Positions 17,277-26,633 of a stretch of DNA of 64,000 nt are shown one piece after another. Each line of letters starts with the position of its first letter. The stretch's first letter is position 1. The DNA comes from Pseudomonadota bacterium (GTDB lineage: Bacteria; Pseudomonadota; Gammaproteobacteria; Pseudomonadales; Oleiphilaceae): NCBI GenBank assembly GCA_034189235.1, contig JAXHVJ010000003.1, forward strand, positions 7,828 to 71,827, read 5' to 3'. The position numbers and the translations under genes are program-made. The notes beneath the pieces are model-generated. The model made no database searches. It saw only the letters and a program-made list of their open reading frames with translations, and had not been told where the DNA came from.

Positions 17277-18936
17277 TTGCCGTAGCCCGGGCAGCAGGTT
17301 CGGCCTCTATAGGATTGCTCAGCCGTGCCATACGCTGGGCCATGAAGCGCTGGTGGATGGCCTGCCGGGCCCGGCGTCGGGTCAGTTCACGCTGCTGCTC
17401 GTTAAGCTTCCGTTTTTCACGGTCGTTGTTTTCCAGCGCGGCCTGGGCCGTGCGGATGGATTCGTGGATCTCGCGGTGGGCTGCATCCAGTGCCTTCACG
17501 CCGCTGTGCATTCCGGCCAGCATAAGCGTGTTGAGGGCGCCACTTTGCAGGTCGTCGGCCAGCCGGAGGCCTTCGATGGTGAGCAGTTCGTCCAGGTCTT
17601 CCGGCAGATCCCGGTTTTCCAGCTCTGCCAGCGCGGTACCCCGGAACACCCCGTCCCCGTTGTTGGGTTCCGGGGCTTCCGGTGGCTGGTAGGGAACCTG
17701 CTGTTGTTCAGGGTCGGCCTGGGGCCAGAGCATCCGGGCCAGGGAGACTTCCCCCCGGGACTGGCTGGCGGCGACGCTCTCCTCGCACAAGTCCCTCAGC
17801 CAGATTTTGCCATCAGTGTCAGGGCTGGGCAGGCCATGCTCCGGGTGCAGCGGATCGGCCTTGAGAGGTGGCTCCAGGGTGTCGGCGATGAACCGCCCGG
17901 TGCAGCGGAAGGCCCCCGCGTAGTCGAAACCGCTGGCACTGAACAGGTCGCCCAGTGTTTGCTGGTAGGGTTGTCGTTGCAGGCAGAGCAACAGTTCATC
18001 CTGGGCCGGCTCCCTTGGCCGCTGGGGTTCCACCTGGTCCATGCGGAAAACGTGGGCGTAGCGTGACTCTGCTCGTGCAAAACCTATGCCGGGCTGGCTG
18101 CAGGGCATCAGCGTTTTCAGTTGGGTGCAACGGTAATGCAGCAGGGTAAAATCAGCTTCCAGCCGGTTGATACGGGCAGCGGGCAAGGGGGATTCCGCGA
18201 AGGCAGCTTCCATGGACTGATTCTTGCCACCCAGCCGGACGGGTACCCAGATATCCTCCAGGGGCTTGCCAGCCGGATGGCGCTGGTCTGCGGTGATTTT
18301 GCCGTCTTCATCCCGGTAATCCGAGAGCCGTGTGTCCCGGAAGACCGGCCGGTCGTTTTCCCAGGTGATCTTCAGTTCCCGCCACAGGCGGCCTTCCCGG
18401 AACAGATACAGGTACCCGGGCCGTGCCAGCACGGGCCAGGTGAGGTGTTTTCCGTCAACCGCCATGCCCCGCAGCCAGGCCATGGGCACGATGGGGGCCA
18501 GTAAATTTTCGTGACCCTTTTCTGTTTGCCATTGCGCCTGCTCCGCTTGTTCCAGCAGGGACAATCGGATCGGCGGGCCTTCTTCGGAGTCTATCTCCAG
18601 TATCATCCGGCTCGGAGGCTGATTTTTCCAGGGCCAGACGTGAAGAGTGGATCTGCCTTTGGCAAAAGAGGCACGATGGCCTTCGAGCTTGCCGTCTGCT
18701 TCTCTTGGACGGATACCCGGAAATTCTTCTCCCTGGTGTTGATAGACAACCGGTTTCTGCCCGTCAGGGTGGTTCTTGCCGTATACCTCGACAAGAAAAT
18801 CACAGTTTCCACAGGGAGGATCCTGGCTGAGGATGCTGTTCGTGATACCGCTTCTCACTGGACCCCTCCGGTATGCTTTTCGAGGTGGCAGGGCAGTGTT
18901 TCGCGGCGAAAAAGGGTTGGCAATACCATGGGACAA
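17104..18936 (-). CDS. Large soluble protein, VasX-N-terminal-like (possibly the N-terminal half of a frame-disrupted ~1,090 aa toxin)
   Basis: TTG start at 18936; an alternative GTG at 18858 follows GGAGGGG. CxxC (PPCGNC). The block LLAPIVPMAWL...LARPGYLYLFREGRLWRELKI...AFAESPLPAARINRLEAD resembles the VasX_N/BTH_I2691-type effector pattern from memory. The last 57 codons (17104-17276) overlap the next ORF and read as an Arg/Pro/Gly/His-rich out-of-frame-looking tail. Confidence 0.55.
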   Translation of the reverse strand: MSHGIANPFSPRNTALPPRKAYRRGPVRSGITNSILSQDPPCGNCDFLVEVYGKNHPDGQKPVVYQHQGEEFPGIRPREADGKLEGHRASFAKGRSTLHVWPWKNQPPSRMILEIDSEEGPPIRLSLLEQAEQAQWQTEKGHENLLAPIVPMAWLRGMAVDGKHLTWPVLARPGYLYLFREGRLWRELKITWENDRPVFRDTRLSDYRDEDGKITADQRHPAGKPLEDIWVPVRLGGKNQSMEAAFAESPLPAARINRLEADFTLLHYRCTQLKTLMPCSQPGIGFARAESRYAHVFRMDQVEPQRPREPAQDELLLCLQRQPYQQTLGDLFSASGFDYAGAFRCTGRFIADTLEPPLKADPLHPEHGLPSPDTDGKIWLRDLCEESVAASQSRGEVSLARMLWPQADPEQQQVPYQPPEAPEPNNGDGVFRGTALAELENRDLPEDLDELLTIEGLRLADDLQSGALNTLMLAGMHSGVKALDAAHREIHESIRTAQAALENNDREKRKLNEQQRELTRRRARQAIHQRFMAQRMARLSNPIEAEPAARATANDPERCHCPGQIHTGAGRPDGRRCPLHPRQPAGRPDSGLGTGSGQTRHRIHPRPHPR

Positions 18937-19084
18937 CGCTCCGTGTTGTTTGCTTATTACGTCCAGGTAATCTCGGGCTGTACCAAATAATCCGGGCGCT
19001 TCCTGCTACACAGAGAAATCAGTACGGCCAGAGGCAGCTGTTACGTTACCATTTAGAATTGGACTCTCGCCAGTGGGTGCTCGA

Positions 19085-20326
19085 CTAGGCCTTCGGCATG
19101 GGCAGCTCCGGCAGCCCGTTATCCTGGGCCAGCTCCTGCATCATCAGTTTGATGCTCAGCTCTTGCTCGCCCATGTGGGCATTCAGCCGGCTCAGTTCTG
19201 CCAGTGCCTCGCGGCTGCGGCGCAGGCGCAGGCTGGTCTCGAAATACTCCCTGGCCTTGCCCCACAACTCGTTGCGCAGGCTCAGTCGACCCAGGGCCAG
19301 CAGGAGTTCGGCGTTGTTGGGGCGGTCCTTGAGCCATTGTTCGGCCAGCAGTAGTTGCTCATCCGGTTTATGCCCCTTGATCCGGCCGTAAAGATTGATC
19401 AGCTCATCACTCCAGTGGTTCCGCAGTACCTTGCGCAGCAGGGTTTCGGCCTGGGCCTCGTCGCCCAGTCTGGCCAGCAGGCGGGCGTAATCCCGAATGG
19501 TGTATTCATCCCGGCGCAGGAATCCGGGCAGCTCGTCCCACAGGCGGGTCAGGGGTTCCAGGGACGCTTCCGGGTCTGCCTTGCGGGCCCGCTCACATTC
19601 CTCAGCCGCCTGTTCCAGCAGGTTGTGCCAGACTTCCCGCTCCAGCTCGTGGAACTCCTCTTCCGGCAGAACATCCCGCTTACGCAGTTCTGGCAGCAGC
19701 CTGGACAGTTCGCGCCAGTCCTCGAGTCTCAGGTAGGTGTTCTTCAGCAGTTTGAGAACGAAGGGATGATGCGGTGACTCCTTGCGCAACCGTATCAGGG
19801 TGGCAAGTGCCTGTTCCAGTCGGTTGCCCGCCAGTTGCAGCTGGGCCTGGGTGATGCCCACGGCAAGGTCCGAGCCCGGCGTGCTCTCGAAGGCCCGGCG
19901 CAGCAGGTCATCCACGGCCTCATGGTCGCCGGACTCAAAAGCCGCCTGGGCTGCCGCCAGGTAGTTGATCAGGGGCGTATCTGCCTTGTCGGCGGCGGAG
20001 GTCAGCAGCTTCCGGGCCCTGGGCCAGTTGCCTTCCGCCAACGCCAGCAGTCCCTGGGTGGTGCGGCGTCGGGCGCGGCGTTCGTTGCCCCGTGCAATCC
20101 AGCCAGCGATCATGCCGGTGCCCTGGCGGAAACGGCGGATCAGGTTGATGGCCAGCACTGTAAGCACTACCAGCGCGACAAACAGCGCCAGGCCGACCCA
20201 GAAATTGGTTTCCACCAGGTAATGGCCCAGGCTCACCCGGATGTAGCCCAGGTCGTATTGCAGGCCCAGCGCCAGGCCAGTACCGATGAGCAGTGCTATC
20301 AGGATAATCAGCAAGAGGCGGATCAT
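19085..20326 (-). CDS. hemY: Heme biosynthesis-associated TPR membrane protein HemY
   Basis: Two N-terminal TM segments and a TPR-rich body. Position after hemX, with a 4-nt overlap. Confidence 0.85.
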   Translation of the reverse strand: MIRLLLIILIALLIGTGLALGLQYDLGYIRVSLGHYLVETNFWVGLALFVALVVLTVLAINLIRRFRQGTGMIAGWIARGNERRARRRTTQGLLALAEGNWPRARKLLTSAADKADTPLINYLAAAQAAFESGDHEAVDDLLRRAFESTPGSDLAVGITQAQLQLAGNRLEQALATLIRLRKESPHHPFVLKLLKNTYLRLEDWRELSRLLPELRKRDVLPEEEFHELEREVWHNLLEQAAEECERARKADPEASLEPLTRLWDELPGFLRRDEYTIRDYARLLARLGDEAQAETLLRKVLRNHWSDELINLYGRIKGHKPDEQLLLAEQWLKDRPNNAELLLALGRLSLRNELWGKAREYFETSLRLRRSREALAELSRLNAHMGEQELSIKLMMQELAQDNGLPELPMPKA

Positions 20327-21444
20327 GATTCCGTGCCTCCGGCGCCGGCACTGGTCTCCTCGCCGTCGCCGCCATTGCCATCGAGCCGGCCGGCCAGGCG
20401 TTGCTTGAGAAGGTCGAGGGATTTACTGATGTCCGGAAGTTCCGGATCAACGTTACGGTTGGCCAGCTCCGCGAGGGTATCCGACAGCGCTTTCACCCGG
20501 GGATTTTCCGGGTTGTACCAGTCAGTGATCGCCCCCCGGGCCTTGCCGAGGGCGCGCTCATACAGCGCCTGATTGCCCCGCAAGACGGCCATTTCGGCTT
20601 CTTCCAGCATCAGTTGGAGGTTGAGCCGGGCGTAAGCACTCTGGTCCGGTGACAGCAGGGGTTTGACCGGCTCGTCCAGCCGGCGTACCACCACAACCCG
20701 GCCGAGGGTGTCGGTGAACTGGCTCCAGGCCTGGGCGAGCAGACCCGGGCCCCCTTCGGTGGCGTCCAGGGTGGCGCCGCCATCACCGGCCACGAATCCG
20801 GGGGCCGACTCGTGGATCAGGGCCTGATCGGTGAGCTGGTTGACGCTGTCGATACCGGCTTCCAGGGTAAGGTAAAGGCCGGTGCGGTCGACGTTTTCAA
20901 TGCCTTTGAGGGCGAGCAGTTCCCGGGCCAGCTGCTGGCGCACCGGGTAGACGCCGATGTCGTCGGACTCGGCCAGGACCTCGTCGGCGGCCCGCAGGGC
21001 GGAGATCGCGCCGCCAATGTCCTTCTCGATCTGCAGGCGCTGGTTGGCGATCCGGAGCAGGTATTCCGCCTCGGCCAGCAACCAGTCGGTGCGGGTGCGG
21101 TTACCGGCTTCGAGCAACTCCCGGGCATTGTGGTCAATCTGGCGTTGCCAGGTGGCAATCAGCTCGCGCTGGGCCGCCAGTTTTTCCTCCAGGGACTGGA
21201 GTCTCCGGGCCTGTTGGCTGCCCCGGTCGCCATACAGGTCTTCCAGCTGGCGGGTATCCTGCTGCAGGCTCTCGAGAGTCTGTAACGTGGCCTGGTGCGC
21301 CTGCCATTGCTGCCAGCTCCACAGGGCCAGGGCAATGGCGACGACCAGTGCAACAGTCGCGAGTAACCACAAGGGCCAGAGCTTCTGGCGGCTGGGTTGT
21401 TCCCGGGGAACGGGAACGGGCAGTTGATCGGTTGTTTCAGTCAC
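20323..21444 (-). CDS. hemX: HemX (uroporphyrinogen-III C-methyltransferase-like membrane protein)
   Basis: Single TM segment followed by a long coiled-coil region. Canonical hemC-hemD-hemX-hemY order. Confidence 0.8.
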   Translation of the reverse strand: MTETTDQLPVPVPREQPSRQKLWPLWLLATVALVVAIALALWSWQQWQAHQATLQTLESLQQDTRQLEDLYGDRGSQQARRLQSLEEKLAAQRELIATWQRQIDHNARELLEAGNRTRTDWLLAEAEYLLRIANQRLQIEKDIGGAISALRAADEVLAESDDIGVYPVRQQLARELLALKGIENVDRTGLYLTLEAGIDSVNQLTDQALIHESAPGFVAGDGGATLDATEGGPGLLAQAWSQFTDTLGRVVVVRRLDEPVKPLLSPDQSAYARLNLQLMLEEAEMAVLRGNQALYERALGKARGAITDWYNPENPRVKALSDTLAELANRNVDPELPDISKSLDLLKQRLAGRLDGNGGDGEETSAGAGGTES

Positions 21445-21452
21445 GGGCGTCC

Positions 21453-22265
21453 TTACGTTTTATTTGCGGCGCCACCGTTTCTGCCATAAAGCTGTGCTGA
21501 AACAGTGGCCACGATGTCATTATCGGCAAGACTTCCTGGTACACACGGTTTCTCGAATCCCGCCTCCCGGGCCATCCGGGCCACACGTTCGGCGGGAACG
21601 ATCAGTAATCTATCGTATAGATTATGGCCGCTCTTCGCACATAGTGCGATGAGATTGTTCAGGGTTTCCCCGGACAGTGCCACGATAACCTCCGGCGCGA
21701 ACCGGCCGAGGACAAGGTCCACTTGCTCCGGGGAATGGTCCGGGCAGAACCGGCGATACAGGGGCAGCATGGTGACCCTTGCGCCTCTCGATTCCAGGGT
21801 CTGGCGGATCAGTTCACGGCCGTCCTCGCCCCGGGCAATCAATACCCGTTCTCCCTCCGGCCGGGCCAGGGAAGGGAGTTCCAGCAGGGCTTCGCTGGTC
21901 CAGCCGCTCGCTGGCCGGCGCACCGACAGGCCGTGACCGGCGAGAACCGCAGCGGTTCCGGCTCCGACCGCATACCAGCGGATCCCCGTGGGAATCCGGG
22001 GCCACCAGGTGTCGATTTCCTCCAGCAGCCGGCGGGCGGCGTAGGGGCTGACGACAATGACGTGGGTAAACTGGTCCAGGTTCAGGATCGTGGTGCGGTT
22101 TTCCGGGGTTTCCGGCAGCGGTTCCCGGTCGATCAGCGGCAGGACCCGGGTTTCGGCTCCGGCGGATTCGAAGGCTCGGGCAAGGCGGCCGGCTTCCGGT
22201 TCCGGCCGGCAGATCAGGACCCGCCGGCCGGACAGGCAAGGCCGATCAGCGTGGGGTATGACCAT
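21453..22265 (-). CDS. hemD: Uroporphyrinogen-III synthase
   Basis: HemD-like sequence ([11 protein letters not shown]...[10 protein letters not shown]). The track start overlaps hemC by 20 nt, so the true start may lie slightly downstream. Confidence 0.85.
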   Translation of the reverse strand: MVIPHADRPCLSGRRVLICRPEPEAGRLARAFESAGAETRVLPLIDREPLPETPENRTTILNLDQFTHVIVVSPYAARRLLEEIDTWWPRIPTGIRWYAVGAGTAAVLAGHGLSVRRPASGWTSEALLELPSLARPEGERVLIARGEDGRELIRQTLESRGARVTMLPLYRRFCPDHSPEQVDLVLGRFAPEVIVALSGETLNNLIALCAKSGHNLYDRLLIVPAERVARMAREAGFEKPCVPGSLADNDIVATVSAQLYGRNGGAANKT

Positions 22266-23196
22266 AGATTTCCGCCAGTACCTTGTCTGCCCCCATGGCC
22301 AGCAGGTCTTCGGCGAGTTCCCGGCCCAGGCGTTCGCCCTCGCCCCGGGGTGCTCTGCCTTCCACCCGGAAAATCTGCTCGCCGTTGACCGCGCCCACCA
22401 GTCCGCGCAGCCAGAGGGTGTCTTCGTCTTCCAGCAGGGCGTAGGCGGCGATGGGTACCTGGCAGCCGCCTTCGAGGCGACGGTTCAGTGCCCGCTCGGC
22501 CCTGACCCGGTCCCACGTGTCGGTGTGGTTCAGGGGTGCGATCAGTTCCAGCAGTTCGGTGTCATCCACCCGGCATTCGATACCAAGGGCACCCTGGCCG
22601 ACGGCCGGTAAGGAGACGGTGTCCGGCAGGCAGTAACGGATACGGTTATGGAAACCCAGGCGCTTGAGGCCGGAGCTGGCCAGCACGATGGCGTCGTATT
22701 CCTCGGCATCCAGCTTCGCCAGCCGGGTATTCACATTCCCGCGCAGGACCTTGATCTGCAGGTCGGGGCGGTAGGCGCGCAGCTGGGCTTCCCGGCGCAG
22801 GCTGGCGGTACCGACCACGGCGCTGTCGGGGAGAGCATCCACGGTCTCGTACTTGTTGCTGACGAAGGCATCAGTCGGATCCTCGCGTTCGCAGATGGCC
22901 ACAAGCCCCAGGCCCTCCGGAAACTCCATGGGCACGTCTTTCATGGAGTGCACGGCCAGGTCGGCACGGCCGTCGAGCATGGCTTCCTCGAGTTCCTTCA
23001 CGAACAGTCCCTTGCCACCGATTTTTGCCAGCGGCACGTCCAGAATCCTGTCGCCCCGGGTCTTGATCTTGACCAGTTCAACGCTGACGTTGTCGTGCAG
23101 GCACTCCAGTTCGGTCTTGATGTGTTTCGCCTGCCAGAGCGCAAGGGCGCTGCTGCGGGTTGCGATGCGAAGGGTACGTTTGGACATGGCACTCAC
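22246..23196 (-). CDS. hemC: Hydroxymethylbilane synthase (porphobilinogen deaminase)
   Basis: [15 protein letters not shown]...IKTRGD...[11 protein letters not shown]... is canonical HemC. Confidence 0.95.
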   Translation of the reverse strand: MSAMSKRTLRIATRSSALALWQAKHIKTELECLHDNVSVELVKIKTRGDRILDVPLAKIGGKGLFVKELEEAMLDGRADLAVHSMKDVPMEFPEGLGLVAICEREDPTDAFVSNKYETVDALPDSAVVGTASLRREAQLRAYRPDLQIKVLRGNVNTRLAKLDAEEYDAIVLASSGLKRLGFHNRIRYCLPDTVSLPAVGQGALGIECRVDDTELLELIAPLNHTDTWDRVRAERALNRRLEGGCQVPIAAYALLEDEDTLWLRGLVGAVNGEQIFRVEGRAPRGEGERLGRELAEDLLAMGADKVLAEIYGHTPR

Positions 23197-23265
23197 TGTC
23201 AGTCGGGAAAATGTCCGCCAAGGTTACCGCGTGACGGCAGAAATGTCCCGTGGTGAAAATTGCAG

Positions 23266-24045
23266 TCAGCCGGGCTGGTGTTCCTGCAACCACTGGCGCA
23301 CCTGGGCGGCGTGGCGTCGGCTGACCGCCAGGCGCTCGGACCTGTCCCGCAGGATGATCCGGTTCTGGCCTTCGGCAGTGCGCTCCAGTGCCTTGACGAA
23401 GTGCACGCCCACCAGGGTATTGCGGTGAACCCTCAACAACTGTTCGGGATAGCTCGTTTCCAGTTCCTTGAGGGTATAGTCGGACACCGTCTCGCCACCC
23501 AGATGATGGATGGTGACGTATTTCTGGTCCGCCTCGCAGTAGAGGATGTCGGCCAGGTCGATCAGCTCCGTGCCGCGGTGGGTTTTTACCGCCAGCTTGT
23601 TGTTCCTGTGGTTGTTGCGGTCGGCCAGCTGCTGGCGTTGGACCCGGTTGACCCGGCCGACCCGCTCCAGGGCTTCGGCCAGAGCTTCCTTGCGCACCGG
23701 CTTGAGTAGATAGGCGGCAGCCTGGACCTCAAAGGCCTGGATGGCGTAATGGTCGTAGGCGGTGCAGAAAACCAGGGCCGGCGGGTGCTCCAGCTGGCTC
23801 AGCCGAGCCGCTGCTTCCACGCCGTCCATGCCCGGCATGCGGATATCCAGCAACAGGATGTCCGGCTCCAGTTCGGCGACCTTCTGTAGAGTGCTGCCGC
23901 CATCGGCGGCTTCCCCGCAAATGCAGTAGCCGGGCAGGGCGCCAACCAGTCGCCGGAGGCGCTCCCTGGCCAGGGGTTCGTCATCGGCAATCAGTATGTT
24001 CAGGTTGTGGTTGCCGTTTGCGGTCATGGCGTCTGATCTGCTCAT
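23266..24045 (-). CDS. algR: LytTR-family response regulator AlgR
   Basis: REC domain (ILIADDEPLARERL, LLLDIRMPGMDG) plus a C-terminal LytTR domain. Sits between hemC and the algZ-like kinase, as in Pseudomonas. Confidence 0.85.
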   Translation of the reverse strand: MSRSDAMTANGNHNLNILIADDEPLARERLRRLVGALPGYCICGEAADGGSTLQKVAELEPDILLLDIRMPGMDGVEAAARLSQLEHPPALVFCTAYDHYAIQAFEVQAAAYLLKPVRKEALAEALERVGRVNRVQRQQLADRNNHRNNKLAVKTHRGTELIDLADILYCEADQKYVTIHHLGGETVSDYTLKELETSYPEQLLRVHRNTLVGVHFVKALERTAEGQNRIILRDRSERLAVSRRHAAQVRQWLQEHQPG

Positions 24046-24058
24046 TGGCTTTCATCAA

Positions 24059-25147
24059 TTACTGTTGGCTTGCTTTCCGCCGGGGCAGGCGCAGGGTCAC
24101 GGTGTAGGTTTCGTGCTGATGACTGTGCTTGAGCACGGCCGGTTCGCCGAACAGTGCCTGCAACCGTGACTGAATGTTGGCCAGCGCCATGCGGTTGCCC
24201 CGGTGACGTTGCTGGTCCTGTTCCGGCTTCGGATTCTGCACCATCAGGTAGACAAACTCACCCCGGGCGGAGATTTCAATCCGGGCCACGCCCCCTTCTG
24301 GCCGAGGCTGGATACCATGGTAGATGGCGTTCTCGATCAGCGGCTGCAAGGTCAGGGGCGGAATGGCCTGGTCTTCCAGGCCCGGGCTGACGGCCCAATC
24401 CACCTGCAGGCGATCACCCAGGCGCAGACTCTCGATGGCGAGATAACGCCGGCACAGTTCCAGCTCCCGGGCCAGGGGAATCAGTTGGTCGGAGGTGCGC
24501 AGGCTGGCCCGGAACAGTTCGGAAAGGTCCAGCACGGCTTCCTCGGCCTGTTCGGGGCGGGTGGCGATCAGGCTGGCGATGGTGTTCATGCTGTTGAACA
24601 GGAAGTGTGGCTGGATCCGGGCCTGCAGCGCCGCCAGCCGGGCCCCCATCTCGGCTTCCCGCTGGGCCTGCCACTGGTGCTGGAGGTAGAAGTAGCGCAA
24701 CGCCATGAGCACAATCAGCAACGCCACCAGCAGCTTCTTGGCAATGCCCTGCCACTTCGTGACGCCGGGCTCGGGATACAGGACCCGGTCGGCAAACAGG
24801 CTGAAGGCGAGGACATCGGCGAGCACAATGGTAATGATGAGCAGGGTTGAGCGGGCCACCGTCATCCGCGCCAGGCGGCTGCGAAGCAGGCAGATCAGGG
24901 CGGCGCTGGTGAGGGTGGTCCACTGTACGAACAGGGACAGCAGGCCGAAGTAGTTCCAGTCGATCCAGCCGGTTTCGGTCTGCACGATCGACAGCACCAG
25001 CACGAACAGTTCGCTGGTGACCAGAAGCAGGAATACCGCCCGGACCCGGCACAGGTCCGGGACGAAGAAATCATGACTGCTCACACTTTTGTCGCCGTTC
25101 AGGGGTGTCTCCTTTGCACCAGTCAGAATGCTATAATTCCGCCACAT
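24059..25147 (-). CDS. algZ: LytS/AlgZ(FimS)-type sensor histidine kinase
   Basis: Multiple TM helices, then the His_kinase motif (QPHFLFNSMNTIASL) and an ATPase region (LIENAIYHGI). The start is moved to MWRNYS (25147), because the track start at 25204 would overlap the divergent argH start. Confidence 0.8.
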   Translation of the reverse strand: MWRNYSILTGAKETPLNGDKSVSSHDFFVPDLCRVRAVFLLLVTSELFVLVLSIVQTETGWIDWNYFGLLSLFVQWTTLTSAALICLLRSRLARMTVARSTLLIITIVLADVLAFSLFADRVLYPEPGVTKWQGIAKKLLVALLIVLMALRYFYLQHQWQAQREAEMGARLAALQARIQPHFLFNSMNTIASLIATRPEQAEEAVLDLSELFRASLRTSDQLIPLARELELCRRYLAIESLRLGDRLQVDWAVSPGLEDQAIPPLTLQPLIENAIYHGIQPRPEGGVARIEISARGEFVYLMVQNPKPEQDQQRHRGNRMALANIQSRLQALFGEPAVLKHSHQHETYTVTLRLPRRKASQQ

Positions 25148-25202
25148 CAAATGTACCCGTTGCCCGCAGATGATGCCGGGCCGCCAGCAGGAAAGATAGA
25201 CC

Positions 25203-26612
25203 ATGACGGATCAGAAAAAGTCTGACCAGACCACATCCTCCGAAAAACCCTGGGGCGGGCGCTTCAGCGAGCCCACCGATGCCTTTGTCGAGCGGTTCAC
25301 CGCATCCGTGGGTTTTGACCAGCGCCTGTATCACCACGACATCACCGGTTCCATCGCCCACGCCACCATGCTGGCGGAAGTGGGCGTGCTCACCGCCGAG
25401 GAGCGGGACCAGATCATCGAGGGGCTGAAGGGTGTGGAGGCCGACATCGAGGCTGGCAAGTTCGAGTGGTCGGTGAGCCTCGAGGACGTGCACATGAATA
25501 TCGAGGCACGGCTGACCGACCGTATCGGCATCACCGGCAAGAAGCTGCACACCGGCCGCAGCCGCAATGACCAGGTGGCCACCGATATCCGCCTTTATCT
25601 TCGCGACGAGATCGACGTCATCGCCGGGGAACTGAAGCGCCTGCAGGCCGGTCTGCTGGATCTGGCCGAGCGTGAGGCCGACACCATCATGCCCGGCTTC
25701 ACCCACCTGCAGACTGCCCAGCCGGTCACCTTTGGCCACCATCTGCTGGCCTGGTACGAAATGCTGGTCCGTGATGCCGGGCGCCTGCAGGACTGCCGCA
25801 AGCGGGTCAACGTGATGCCCCTGGGTGCTGCTGCCCTGGCGGGCACCACCTATCCCATCGACCGGGACATGACCGCCCGGCTGCTGGGCTTTGACCGGCC
25901 CACCGAGAACAGTCTGGATTCGGTCAGTGACCGGGACTTCGCCATCGAGTTCTGCAGCTTTGCGGCACTGTTGATGACCCACCTGTCCCGGTTCAGCGAG
26001 GAGCTGGTACTGTGGACCTCGGCCCAGTTCGATTTCATCGATCTGCCGGACCGCTTCTGCACCGGTTCGTCCATCATGCCCCAGAAAAAGAATCCGGATG
26101 TGCCGGAGCTGGTGCGAGGCAAGACCGGTCGGGTCAATGGTCACCTGGTCAGCCTGCTGACCCTGATGAAGAGCCAGCCGCTGGCGTACAACAAGGACAA
26201 CCAGGAAGACAAGGAGCCGCTGTTCGATACCATCGATACCGTCAAGGGCTGCCTGAAGGCCTACGCGGACATGATTCCGGCGATCCGGGCCAGGGCAGAC
26301 AATATGCGGGCGGCGGCCAAGCGGGGTTTTTCCACCGCCACCGACCTGGCGGACTACCTGGTCAGGAAAGGAGTGCCTTTCCGGGATGCCCACGAGATCG
26401 TTGGCAAGTCGGTGGCCTTTGGTGTGGCTGAGGGGCGGGACCTATCCGACATGACGCTGGAGGAGTTGCGGCAGTTTTCGGATGTGATCGGCGAGGATGT
26501 CTTTGATCTGCTCACCCTCGAAGGCTCGGTCCAGGCCCGCAACCACCTGGGCGGTACGGCGCCGGAGCAGGTGCGCGCGGCAGTTGGCCGGGCCCGCAAA
26601 CTGATGGGTTGA
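25203..26612 (+). CDS. argH: Argininosuccinate lyase
   Basis: Canonical ArgH sequence, including the [12 protein letters not shown] signature. Confidence 0.97.
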   Translation: MTDQKKSDQTTSSEKPWGGRFSEPTDAFVERFTASVGFDQRLYHHDITGSIAHATMLAEVGVLTAEERDQIIEGLKGVEADIEAGKFEWSVSLEDVHMNIEARLTDRIGITGKKLHTGRSRNDQVATDIRLYLRDEIDVIAGELKRLQAGLLDLAEREADTIMPGFTHLQTAQPVTFGHHLLAWYEMLVRDAGRLQDCRKRVNVMPLGAAALAGTTYPIDRDMTARLLGFDRPTENSLDSVSDRDFAIEFCSFAALLMTHLSRFSEELVLWTSAQFDFIDLPDRFCTGSSIMPQKKNPDVPELVRGKTGRVNGHLVSLLTLMKSQPLAYNKDNQEDKEPLFDTIDTVKGCLKAYADMIPAIRARADNMRAAAKRGFSTATDLADYLVRKGVPFRDAHEIVGKSVAFGVAEGRDLSDMTLEELRQFSDVIGEDVFDLLTLEGSVQARNHLGGTAPEQVRAAVGRARKLMG

Positions 26613-26633
26613 GCGGGATCTCCGGCGTCCGGG

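Noticed and set aside
18937-19084. Searched the spacer upstream of the cassette for a sigma-70 promoter, and both cassette flanks for direct repeats (att-like sites).
   Set aside because: I found no convincing -35/-10 pair with proper spacing and no flanking direct repeats by eye. The cassette may be read through from hemY, or may use a promoter I cannot recognise.
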